This document shows, piece after piece, positions 41,256 through 58,069 of a stretch of 64,000 nt of DNA. The first letter of the stretch is position 1. Every line of letters begins with the position of its first letter. This DNA is from the human T2T-CHM13v2.0 reference genome, Homo sapiens, in the NCBI RefSeq assembly GCF_009914755.1, contig NC_060941.1, one strand, 5' to 3'. Made by a program: the position numbers and the translations under genes. The notes under the pieces are model-generated. The model was not told the DNA's origin and made no database searches. It saw only the letters and a program-made list of their open reading frames with translations.

Positions 41256-41559
41256 GCCAGGCGTGATGGCTTACGCATATAATCTCAGCACTTTGGGAGG
41301 CCGAGGCAGGTGGATCACCTGAGCTCAGGAGTTCAAGAACAGACTAGCCAACTTGGTGAAACCCCATCTCTACTAAAAATACAAAAAATCAGCCAAGGGT
41401 TGCAGCCCGCATCTGTAATCTCAGCTACTTAGGAGGCTGAGGTGGGAGAATCACTTGAACTCAGGAGGCGGAGGTTGCAGTGAGCCAAGATCGCTCTACT
41501 GCACTCCAGCTGGGCAACAGAGCAAGACTTTGTCTCAAAAAAAAGAAAAAAAAAAAAAA
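41256..41559 (+). mobile_element. Alu (intron 6)
   Basis: TSD GTTCTTACA. Confidence 0.93.
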
Positions 41560-42083
41560 GGTTCTTACAATGTGCCTATGAGATTAGGAGTGAAATCCTA
41601 AGTACAGTTCTTCTGAACAATGTAGGCTCAGAAGGGTTCAAACGAAACACCTTGGGACCTCCTTAGTTAATATAGTGCCTAGAGCCTAAGATACTGCAAT
41701 ATATAAGCTAAAGGGCTGGTAACCAGGTGGATGGAACCATGAAGTCGTAATAATATATTTTCATTTCAAAAAGACAGACACACACAGACTTCTCAACAGT
41801 AATTCAATTTGAAAGGGAATTCAAATATATACATGCAACTGCCTATTACAGGTAATGTTACACTTTACCCACGAAAATCCCCAAAAGATATTTTCAAGCA
41901 AAGTAAAAGAAAAAAAAAAGTGCTTGCCTTAGAAAACAGAACAAACAAACAAAAAAAGTGCTTGACTTACGACTTAAAAGCAAGGGAAAGGAAAAGTAAG
42001 AGTAAAGGGATTTGAAAAATACCTCTCTGAACCTATTCTGGTTCTGATTCAGGAAAGTACCATAAAGACAGAAACATACCTGA

Positions 42084-42341
<258 letters not shown>

Positions 42342-42458
42342 TGAGCCTCTATTTAATGGACATAACTTTATAAAGAAAAGCTACATATCATATCCATAAT
42401 CATGTTAAGTTCCAGCAGCTTAAAAGAAAATAACTAAAATTCTGAAGCCATGTCTTAC

Positions 42459-42528
42459 CATTGATGTCACCACCAAGGCTGGAGAGAATCCCATTGTGAG
42501 ATAGAAAAAGAGTTCAACCACCTTATAT
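42459..42528 (-). CDS. MMD: MMD exon 6 (YKVVELFFYLTMGFSPALVVTSM)
   Basis: Acceptor TTGTTCCTGCAG|, donor ATG|GTAAGA; 70 nt. Confidence 0.97.
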
Positions 42529-42781
42529 CTGCAGGAACAAAAATGCAGTTAATTTAACTTATAAATTTCTATAACACCTAACAATTTACATACCAGCCTT
42601 TCCTTTTTACTTTTGAGAAAGAAATGTAAACTCTTAACTATTCAAATAAAACTTTATTTCTCAGTAGGCAACCACTAGGCCTCTAACTAAAACACAGTAG
42701 CTGAGTAACAAGGAACTAGCATTTCTCTCAGGGTTGAAAAGGCATCAAATCCCACATGCCACCTAGAAAATGTTTTCTGCC

Positions 42782-43110
42782 GGCCGGGCACGGTGGCTCA
42801 TGCCTGTAATCCCAGCACTTTGGGAAGCCGAGGCGGGCGGATCACGAGGTCAGGAGATCGAGACCATCCTGATTAACACGGTGAAACCCGTCCCTACTAA
42901 AAATACAAAAAATTAGCTGGGCGTGGCGAGCGCCTGTAGTCCCAGCTACTCGGGGAGATGAGGCAGGAGAATGGCGTGAACCCGAATGGCGTGAACCCGG
43001 GAGGCGGGGCTTGCAGTGAGCCGAGATCGCACCACTGCACTCCATCCAGTCTGGGTGACAGAGCGAGACTCAGTCTCAAAAAAAAAAAAAAAAAGAAAAG
43101 AAAAAAAAAA
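42782..43110 (+). mobile_element. AluY (intron 5)
   Basis: CpG-rich; perfect 17-bp TSD AGAAAATGTTTTCTGCC. Confidence 0.95.
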
Positions 43111-44756
43111 GAAAATGTTTTCTGCCAAAAGTAGTTATCGTTTAACCCACTCCACCTTGTAAAATATTTCCTCTTTTGATCCTAGAGTGTCTGCTTTCAT
43201 TACCATTCCAATCCAGAGCTAGAAGTGAAATTCTGAAGATGAATGGAGATGCAGCCTGGAGCCTAGTTTATCAGCAAAAAGGAACAGCAAGCCCTAAGGA
43301 AAGGACGTGTAATTTTGTTTGTCTCTTTATTTTGCACCTGCACAAACTGTAATTTTAAGGCTCATCACGTTAGACTACAAAAGATCTAAAAACCCTAAGA
43401 AATACATTGTATTGAAATTCAAATTACATTTCAGCCTAATCAAACCAGACGATAAGCTCCTCAAAGGCAGGAACCAAGATTAATTATGTTTTGATCTGTA
43501 AATCCTAGAACAGTACCTGATACAATTTAGGTACTCCCTAATGTCTGCCAAACTGAATGGCCAAGGGTGACTCATACCTCATTCATCGTGTTTTATACTC
43601 AAAGCCTACCATGAAATAATCAGATAGGGGAAGAATGGGTTTATGGGTTTTGTTTACACCAGAAGGCCGGGAAAAGGAGAAAAGATAGTTGCCTTTCTTG
43701 ACTTCCTATTTTATCCAAGGATATAAATAAGAGATTTGAGTCCAAGAAGCAAACCATTCCCTTGGACTTAAATATGCTATAATATATAACACTACTCAGC
43801 ATTGCTAATTATGGTCAAAAAGGTATTTAAGTGAATTTCAGAGACAAAAAGAAGTTAGTGAAAACTACCATTTTCTTCTTCTGAAAGGGGAAAACAATTT
43901 AGTATTTTCTGATAAACACAAATTATGTTCAATTCTGAGAGCCATTCTGCCAAGCACAATAGATACAGAATTTAATGAACTGTAAATAAACCCAATGACA
44001 AAGATTTCCTGGTTGTGTGTTTCTCAAATTCAAACATACAGGGTAATAAAAAGAGCAATGGAATCAGAACTTGGATGTTTGGGTCCTAATTTCCAGATGA
44101 GTCACTAATTTGATGCATATCCTAAATGTTCTGACTTTTTAATCATGAAGTTGGAATAGGGGACCTTGAAGGTCTCCTCTAGAGCAAAGATACTAAATTT
44201 CAATTAGCTTTTGTTTTTATATGGCTCAATAATTAGGACTATCAGCTATGAATAACTGGCTAAAAAGCTGTGCCCTAGGGATAGGATATTAAGAGTTCCA
44301 ATGTCCTTCCCAACATCCTTTTTCTCAAGATACCCTTTTTGGAATACCCTCTAGGCCCTTATTTAGGTATATTGTACTGAGCACTTAATATCTATTCTCT
44401 CCAATCTTCATAGACACCTTGACAAGTGGCTGGTTTTCTCACGTGATGACTGAATCACAGAGAATAAGGCCAATTTGCCTCATGCTATAGAAATGAAGTC
44501 TGATGGACTCCAAAGGGGCTGGTTACCATGTCCCCTCAACTACATTATACCAAACCTGTACCACTCTTGTTTTTCCACAGCAATCTTTCCACTAATAATG
44601 AATACCAAATGGTTTTGAAGATTTATTAAAAATAACATATTCTATATATGTATTTCTACTGTTTTGAAGTACAAATAAAAGTAAATTGTATTGCAGTGCA
44701 GATAATATTTAGGCAGTCAATTTTAAAACTATCAAATGTAAATTATTTTCTCTTAC

Positions 44757-44858
44757 TTTTCATGGTAGAGAAATACATAAATGGTTCCTCCAGCTGCCAT
44801 GAGCCAGATAAACCAACGCATATGAGATGCCAGGGGTCCAAGTTCACGAAGATTTAAC
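44757..44858 (-). CDS. MMD: MMD exon 5 ([33 protein letters not shown])
   Basis: Acceptor CATTTTTAG|, donor AAA|GTAAGA; 102 nt. Confidence 0.97.
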
Positions 44859-45049
44859 CTAAAAATGTAAACGTGACAACAAAGAACAGAAGTGATAAAT
44901 GAAGGGAATTCATAGAACCTGTGTCATTGAAAACTGAGAAAGTCTTAGGATAAGAGCAGGAAGAAAACACACTCAACACATCAAGCAGGCATTTGGGCAA
45001 TTTAGGTAAAATTAAGCAACTCAAAAACAAATTTGTCAGTCGACCTTTA

Positions 45050-48330
<3,281 letters not shown>

Positions 48331-48726
48331 GCTTGCTTTCCTCATACATATTTACAGCATTTCCACTTGAACAATTCAATTTTCTAGTGTTCTGAACAAT
48401 AGCAGAGGTATAGGGAAACAATATGGAGAGCAAAGGTTACAGATTTCAAGAGTGAGCAAGCTATCTGCACACAAGTTCATAGCACTTCTTGAACAATCCA
48501 ATACCCAGATATTATAAACAGCAGCAATATTCTCCCCTTCAAATATGCAATCTGACCCAAGTACATCAAATGGGGAAAAAAATGCATGCATGTATGTGTT
48601 CAGGAGGAGGGAAGGTGGTGTACACATGAGGGCTGAGGGTGGGGACAAGAGGGAGAAAGGAAAGGAGGAGTGAGGAATTCTAATCATAAAATCACTACCT
48701 TCGAAAATAGGAAGACTGTATCTTAC

Positions 48727-48801
48727 CATGGAGCATAAGAAGCAGCAATGAAGAAATAGATAACCATTCTATCACACATGTGAAAACAATGCTCCACTGT
48801 C
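48727..48801 (-). CDS. MMD: MMD exon 4 ([24 protein letters not shown])
   Basis: Acceptor TTTTTTCCCCCTCACTAG|, donor ATG|GTAAGA; 75 nt. Confidence 0.97.
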
Positions 48802-49632
48802 CTAGTGAGGGGGAAAAAAAAGTAAATTTGTCAGAAAGTGTTCAGATGGGAAGTACGGGTTATCACTCCACTATGTTGCAATTTCCATTCTTGTTCTAGT
48901 TCTCATGGCCTTTACACTTGTTCTTCCAAGGTTACACAGATTTTTGTTGCTGTTAATGTTATGAAGTCACGAGTAAAAGCTTTCTGTTATTTTTTAGGTT
49001 GCACATACAATAGATTCTCTCAGCATATATAAGACATAGGGACAGAGCCCCATGATAGTTAGAAAGCCTGAAGTGGTTAAAGCAAACAAACAAAATCTGT
49101 CTTTTTCTGATGTTTTCCATTTCTTTTGGATCCCCTCTAACAGAAAAATGAAGTTCCTGGAGGGCAGACCACCTCCCCGCAACCTGCCCCAGCTCCTATC
49201 AGTGCAGGGCAAAGTCCTGATGTTCAGTAAACACTCCCTGAGCTGAAATCACATTCTTTGTGTCTTTTTAGAAGGTATTTACAGTTTTTACTTCAAATAT
49301 CCTGGTGTGGACAGTAAATAGTAATAAAGGAAATTCAGAAACTAACTTAGGAAAAACAGTAACAAAAACAAAAAATGGCACATTTACTACAAAAGCATAG
49401 CCACCTGTATTTCTAAGCAAGTTCCTCCTTCCAAAACTGAAAAGTCAGAGGTATATGTACAAAGAGTTTGGTTCACTGAGGTCTATTCATAAAATGGATT
49501 AGATGGAATTTGCCCTTTACTGAGGTAATTTAAAAGTACAAATTTGTAATATCATCTTGAATCTATTTTCAGTGTCCAAGTAGGTATAACTATAATTTGA
49601 GGGAACGCTAGTATTAGACTTTCCTCCCCCTA

Positions 49633-50055
<423 letters not shown>

Positions 50056-52237
50056 TTTTAAAGGAATGAAAAATACATTTGTGAGAAAGAATGGGTTTCA
50101 GTCTACTAGTCATCAGAAGCTATAGCATACCCATAGATGATACTTTATGCCATAGGTCTAAAGAAGCAAACATTACGTCAATGCTTTTCAAACTTGACTG
50201 CATATCATCCCCTGGGGAGCTTACAAAATACAGTGATGGCCTCCAGTTCAGAAGATTCTGAAGTGCTAGGAGGTGAGATAGAGGGTGGAGGAAGGAGAAT
50301 AAGTTTTTAAAACTCCTTGGATGACTGTGATTTCTAGCAAGGTTTTGGGCCTTTCTAATTCTGTTTTCTAGATTGTCATACGCTGTTAGAGTAGGTAGAC
50401 AACAGACCTGGAATCTTATCCAAAATCTGCCACCGACCTCTCTGACTCTCACTTACCTCATAGGTAAAGTGGAAATAAGATCTTTCTCATGGAGTATGTG
50501 TGAACATTAAATGAGATAATGTAGGCCATGTATCTAGCATAGTACCTAGCACACAGGAGCACCTACCACATAATAAATGCAAATTCCCTTCTCACTTTTA
50601 CTTAAATAAGGCTTTTTTGATATTTAGAAATTTTAATGAGGAGCAAAAATCTACACATGGCATATGATTCTAGCAATGCTATTCAAAGTTAAAGAGAATC
50701 TAGTTTCTATTACACCTCTGGCAGGGAGACCCAGAATACTGAAGTAGGTACCTACAACTTTTTATTGATCCAAAATCTAGACATCGAAGCCAAGTTTGCT
50801 GAAACAACCACAAGCACTAAATTGTGCCAAGAAGGTAATATAGTACTTTGCATCTAAACTGGCCTCTGGGCGCTGCGACAGTGTGTCCTAAGGAGCCAGG
50901 ACAGGCACTTTTGTGGTTCTCTTGTGAGTGTGTCCCAGAGTGCCCTTGTGATTCAATGCTGTGGTTTTATTTTAAGCCCAGGAAACTGTCACCTTACAGG
51001 AAAAGGTAGCAGACTGCAAGCTATATGCAATATTGTAAAAGATATGGTGAAAAAAACTAGGACTTGGAGTCAGAGGTCTTGGAATAATCAGATTTTGCCA
51101 GTTTCACTGACTCAGACAAGTCAGGCCACTTCTCTGAGCCTCAGTTCCCCCAAATAAAAATGAAGTGATTTGAATTAGATGATTTCTAAAGATCCTCCCA
51201 GCTCTAAAACTCTAGGATTCTGCATGTGAGGAAACCAGTAATCATCTCATAAATCTCAAATCCTGCTTGTAAAAGGAGCATATCTTTTAAATATCAGATT
51301 GTTTGAATAGTTTGAGTTTTTTTTGGACGTTCTTTAAAACCAAAAGGCATATTCGAGTATTTCTTTAAATTGCTCATAGTCTGCTCTGAAACTTCCTTTT
51401 TTGAAAAGAAGTTTTGCCCTTTAGGGTTGTGCAGAATCCATTTCACAAGCAAACCATTCCCACCTAAATGGTGTGGTGCTCCAAAATCAATCCTTCACTC
51501 AGAGGAGGAAAGCGTTTACGTTCTTCTCATTGGCAGGCCAAGAGCTATAGTATTGTTTTGAAAGTGCTTGACTATTAATAGCAAAATACGTGAACTCTGT
51601 TTGAATAATATACACAAGACTTAATTCTGAAAGCTAAACTTTGCAAAATGGTAAACGCAAACTATAAGTATACCTTCATACCTCACACACTCATAGGGTC
51701 TTTTGTAATTTTCAAGTTATTTTCAAGTACCTTATCTCATTCACCTATCACACTGACTGTGTGACTCAGGTATTATTATTCTCATTTTAGTGATACAGAT
51801 ACTGAGGCTCCACAAGGTCAAGTGATTTACCCAAAATTAAAGAGCAGGGCTGGGCCTCAAAGCCTGCCTGCTGACTCCAAGCTCAGTGTGCTTTGTCACT
51901 ACCCCATAGCTGCTGCTCTCATCATATCCTTAGTGTGCTTGATAGTACTGGAAAATAGCTCTCAGGTTTTTAAGTGGTAAGTCCTGGGGAATCAGTTAGG
52001 TTTTGTTTGGGGTTACTGAGCAAAGGCCTACCTTCTTAGATGCCTGCTGGGGAGGAGTCCTAAAACTTCATCCAGTCCAAAGAACAAGTCCTGAATAATG
52101 GGATAGTATTCTAGTCTACAAGGCAGAAAAATGTCTACTCTTTGCCCTACTTGACTAAAGCATGCCAGCTTGGAAGGGTACCAAACACGTTGAGTCAACT
52201 ATTTGGATCTGTTGAAACAGCATGTCATCCACTGTAC

Positions 52238-52398
52238 CTTAAGTGGCTCTTTTTCCATGATACAATGTGAAATACTGTAGAAACGATGAAGAGGGCACAG
52301 AGTCCCATTCCATAAATCCATGCTGTTATCTTTTCCCAGCAGTCATCAGACAGCCGATGGAGGAGGGCACTGCCCACGATGGCCGGAACAATGAGGAA
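52238..52398 (-). CDS. MMD: MMD exon 3 (FLIVPAIVG...[14 protein letters not shown])
   Basis: Acceptor TCTTTCCCTCAG|, donor AAG|GTACAG; 161 nt; hydrophobic TM segments and SxxxH motif. Confidence 0.97.
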
Positions 52399-52774
52399 CT
52401 GAGGGAAAGATAAAGAATGGTGAATGGAATATTCTGGCTTTTATGGAATTGAGTCTTTTACTAAAAATACAGAGCTTTACCAGGAACAATTTTAGTAAAA
52501 TAATCTTAGAGCAAGTATTTGTCTCTCCTGGATAATCATAACGAGAGCCAGATGAAGTTAGCTGCTACACTGGAAAGCAGGTAATACCACTCAGGGTCCA
52601 GGAATTGTGCCAACCAGTGGGGATACAATTAAGCCATCAAGGATGCAACATCATTCAGCTGTTGCAAAACAGATGGTTTTTTTTTTTTATCCTAATTTCA
52701 TTAAATAAGGACATGTTTCATTCTACTTTATAATCTGATTTAGAGTAATTACTTAAAATATTCAAATGCCAAGC

Positions 52775-53104
<330 letters not shown>

Positions 53105-55131
53105 TTAAAATATCTGTCCTATTGCAATTGAAATCTCAATATTTCAGGACAGGATAATTGAACAAATCAAGTAATAGGTATTATAATGTACATAGCAACA
53201 CACACATACAAAAAGTCAATTGTTGAAGTTATATACCCTGATTTTCAGTTTGGATCTGTACATTCCACCAATTTGAGAGCTACTGCAGAATGTAAGAGTT
53301 TTGGGGTCACTTCATTTTTAACAGAGCCTTTTAAGTAAGCAAGAGCAAACCATTTCCAAGGCCCACCTATTCAAAAAATCTTGAGAATTTTAGAGAGATT
53401 TGCTTTCTGCATCATATTTCATAGTCCACATGGTCACAAACTTTAATGTCTAGTCATATGTGTATGACTATGACTAGTAAACATCTTACAATGACAGAAG
53501 CTCCCAGGAGAATAAACTACTTTATTAGATATTAGAGTAAGCATACTTGACAAAGAATACAAATGTTAGCAATTTGCTTATCTTTTTTCTCCCCAAACCT
53601 ACATTTGTCACCTTGCAACAGACTATTAAATCCCCTAGATGAGACTGGCATGAGTTTTTCAGATGCTGAAGTTTTCGTTGGCCCAAGCAAAATTAGAACA
53701 TTAAATACAATTGCATCTCCTCCGGGAAGCAATGGCCACTGTAGGGGTGAGAGTCTATGGCTCGCCTTCCTATTTCAGAGGATTTAAGTACATTTAAGTA
53801 CAATAAAGTTTTTCATAAAACAAAATGTATTTCATTTAAAGGAATGCCCTTTATCTTGAGATCATGTCCTTACTACTTTTCATGTTAAAGTATCTTCTCT
53901 TCAATGAAATGATGACAATAGGGGTGTTTTGTCTGTGTTAGAAATATTACTGGTCCCTGAAATCCAAAAATTCAAGATACGGTTTAATAAGATTATATTT
54001 TCTGTTCTAAAAAAATTAATATGGGGGTTTTGTCAGGTCTCCCTTTACTTAAGTTTACACAAGTGTTCCTTAACCTGTGACACACTCAGAAGAGACAAGT
54101 TAAGGTTTATTCAGGTTCATCCGAGTAAATATTATTCCTAAAGGTAAGCTGTGTGTTTCAATATCTGAACCATTGTATTGTACCAACAGTGACTACCACA
54201 GTTAAACTAGCCTGTTCCAAACACTCATTGTTAAAGAAGCAAACTGGTCTTTTCTCTATTTCTTGTTTTCAGACTGTATCCCAGCCACTATTTTTCCCTC
54301 AACGTCACTAAATGCAAGGGAATAATGAAACCACAGGTAAAGTAAAAAATTTATAATGACATAAGAAATGCCATTAATGTCACATTAACAGGAAAACTGA
54401 AAATACATACATATTCACAAACACCCCCAACACAGAGACACACATATACACACACACATACACACAAACACACACACAAAGAAATGCACCGAAGTGTTAA
54501 CAGTTTATTTCTGGTTAGTTTTGTTTTTCTTATATATTTTTCAGTATTTTTAAAGTTTCTTATAATAAGCATGTTTTGCTTTTACAAAGCAGAAAAAAAT
54601 TAACAAAAAATTTAGGGATCACATCGGCTTTTTCTTCACCAATATGGAATAACATCTCCTCTGGGAAGCAATGGCCACTGTAGGAGTGGGAGGCTATGGC
54701 TCCCCTCCCCATTTCAGAGGATCACTTAATTTTAAAAAGCATCTTTTTCAACAAACTGTGAACTCTCTTTGCCAAATGAACACAGTTGATTGTCTTGAAA
54801 AGGCGATTCATTTCATTCTAGGGGTGACAGTCTTCATAAATAGGTGTCTTTGGTTTTTCTATAACTAGGGTACATACTATTATTATTCCTTTAAAGAATA
54901 TCTTGTTGGAGAAAGCGAATCCAGGACAGAGCTGACTGTAGGTTAGAACACACAAAGCATTCTACATGCTTACATAGTTTCTGGTGACACGACCCAGAAC
55001 TGATTTCCTGGTAGATAAGGTCACAGATGGGTAAATCCAACTAATTGTGCTGAGGTTACTAGAGATAACTACCCCTTCCTCCCACCAAAGCCCCGTGGAA
55101 AGGATGGCAATGGTGGAAAACTTGTACTCAC

Positions 55132-55213
55132 TGCGTGTGTGTAACAGTTAGCAGCATGTTCATAGCAAGTTGGCTTGTAGCGGCCATTGGCTGGAGCTCG
55201 ATGGTTCATGAAC
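55132..55213 (-). CDS. MMD: MMD exon 2 ([27 protein letters not shown])
   Basis: Acceptor TTTTTACAG|G, donor GCA|GTGAGT; 82 nt; contains PAQR ExxxNxxTH motif; peptide visible in ORF 55069..55308. Confidence 0.97.
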
Positions 55214-55533
55214 CTGTAAAAACAAAAAGAACACATGTAAGAAAAACTCAAAGTGTGTGAAGAACAATGAGGAAACCCACCAGTGGGTATGTGGTCTATT
55301 CTACGCAAAGAAGTGACTGGTGGAAATACCCAGTTGCGGTAATAAAGCCAAAGCCACTAAAGAGGAGTAAACTGAGCCAATAGCAATGATCCTTAAGCAA
55401 ATACCCTAGTTTATTAGATTAAGCCTTCTTTCAGTTTATTCAAAAGAAAAACCTTCCATAACCAAAAGCAAACTTCTACAACCAAAAGCAAAGAGAAACC
55501 ATATCCACCCCTTCAACTGGAACCCTCCTCCTC

Positions 55534-55537
<4 letters not shown>

Positions 55538-55576
<39 letters not shown>
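55538..55576. repeat. (CA)19 microsatellite in intron 1; (UG)n on the MMD pre-mRNA
   Basis: Perfect 39-nt dinucleotide run. Confidence 0.98.
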
Positions 55577-55578
<2 letters not shown>

Positions 55579-58069
55579 TACAACTAGAAAAAAAAAACGA
55601 ATTTTTCTAAATTTTATTGTCATTTAGTGAAAAGGGATACACTACATTTGAAAAACAAAGTTTCTATTTTCTCTCTTAAAATTTATAAAGCTTTATATAG
55701 GCACATCTTTAAACCCTACATCCCATGATTAACAGGCCTGTCCCACTAGTTTCCCTATATTGTATTACCAGACAGCTTAAATAAATGACACCTGGCTACC
55801 TCTAGGCAACTTAAAACCGGAGGTATGTTTTCACCTTTGTTCTTCCTGAAATCAAAAAGTCTGCTTCAAAAACCAAACACATGACTACTACCTGATTCTT
55901 TTGGCTATAAAATTCATATATACACACAAATGTGTGTACGTATCTAAATATCAAAATCTGTTACATATATAGACATATGCCCATATTCCGCACTTCCCTT
56001 TAGGCTAACTTTGTGACCATCAGTAGTACAGAGAAAAGCATGAATACCACAGAACCTAAAGAGAGGATAGCATTCTTCCATTTCAGTATGCTGAGTGAGG
56101 ATGCCCTCCCCACCAAAAACCCAACCCATACCCACAACAGGTTTCATGAGGGACTCTGGATTAGTCTAATTAATCCTTTTTTTCTCAGGAGAGAAAAAAG
56201 CAGCTGTCTGAATAAAAGAAGAAAGAGGTAGATGCACAGAAACAGACGGACGTAAAAAAAAAAAAAAATTTCAACAGCATTCAGGTTGCAGAGGTCCACT
56301 GCACTCCTGTGCTTAAGAGTCTGTAAGACGTCAACAGGCTTTGCACAATAAATAATCCTTTTGCTCAAGCTAGTTTAAAGAAGTGTGAATGGGGGTTGGG
56401 GGTTGGTATTTTGTGCCACTAATGAGTTCTAACTACTCATTACCTTATTCATACACAAAATAAAAAATGGTACAGGGCTGAACCAAATGGTAGAACCAAG
56501 TTGCCAAAAATTGGCTAAAACGCATGACCAAGCCATTTTAGAGAGTGCCAAGTTTATTAATAAAAGACCAGCCAATACTCTTTCCCTGAGTTAGGAAGAG
56601 CCTGTTATCGTTAGATCAAATAAATAAAAATAAAGTGGCAGCCACTATTAACACAATACAGATAGTTCAGGTGGAAAATCCACTGGGGAATGAATTTGGG
56701 ACAGTGAAGATATTTCACTTGGCCCACTGATGGGTTAAGATATTTAACTAGTGTACAAAATATGTACTTACTGAGTATAATCTACCAGATGGTTTGAAAA
56801 CCAACTGTTAAAGAGAAATATACAGTTAGTAGCTTCAAAATTTATCCAAGCTATTCTCAAATATAGTTAACTATTATTAAGCATCATCTTTTCTCCCCTG
56901 ATAATATTTTAAATAATTTTACTAATTTCCTAAGAGACAAGAGTGTTGCTATACAGCTCTTATTAGCAAAAAAGAAAATAATTACACTCTTGGGAAGAAT
57001 GCTTTAAAAGTGTCCCAAGAATTGGAGGATATACCACATCATTGTCCTGAGACATAACAACAGAGCTATAAGTAGCATACCCTATTAGGAATTTTCAAGG
57101 CTAAAGAGCAAGGCCCCAAGATGGCTGTAGTTAGATGAAATTGAATGTGCTCTGTGTAGGGTGCAGTAAGTAGGATTTGTCTACCCACCACCAGGCTGCA
57201 GACTAAAATAGCAATTTATATCTCTGGCAGCCCAATCTAAAAATAGTCAAGCCATTACCCAGCAACAGGGATAGACTTTCACATTTTCTCCTAAAAACAA
57301 ATAAACTGGATGGCCATGTTTGTGACAGCTTAGTCCCTGATCACCTGGAATAATTCACATTAAAAAATAAAAGTAGAAAGTTATACAGAAAAATATCCCA
57401 CCCATGGTGACTTAAGGCACTCTATCCTGATGCACAGGGTAAGACACGGGCAATAGGGAAAGATAAGGGTAACTATCCTGGAAGCAATTCTCTAAATCTG
57501 GGGCTCAGTAGGATAGACAGCATAATTGTTCTGCTGGGAAAGTACAATACAATTTTCCCATTTCTCTCTAACCTGCCAGGGTGCAATCAAGCCTCCTCCA
57601 CAGCCTCCTGAAGAAATCACTCCTAAAACCTAAATGGAAAAGCAGATGTAAAATGTAAATCAACTCCCACACTCTGGCCTTCATCTCTTCCCCGAAAAAA
57701 GAATGGGAAAGGTTCAAGTGCTGGTTATGGAAAACAGCATCCATTTATGGAAGACATCTCTATTTAAAGCGGAGTGGCCCTAATGGTTACTCAATGCTTG
57801 AGTAACCAACAAGCTCTAGAGGGTTTGAAGGAAGGTGATTCAGTCCTGGGAGTGGGAGCTGCACTTAATAAAGCTACTAGTTAGGCAGAGTTTTTTTACT
57901 CATTCCTTCACTTTCTCTTTCAAAACTCTCCTGCCTTCCCCCTTGCCCAACGTTCTTATCACCTCCTCCTTCCCCCATACCCCTCTCCCATGCCATGACA
58001 GAATTTCAAAACCATGGAGGGAAAGAACAGATCAGAGACCTGGGAACACTCCTTAGCACACTAACACAC

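Noticed and set aside
55069-55308. 79-aa ORF as an independent gene
   Set aside because: It is MMD exon 2 read through into flanking intron
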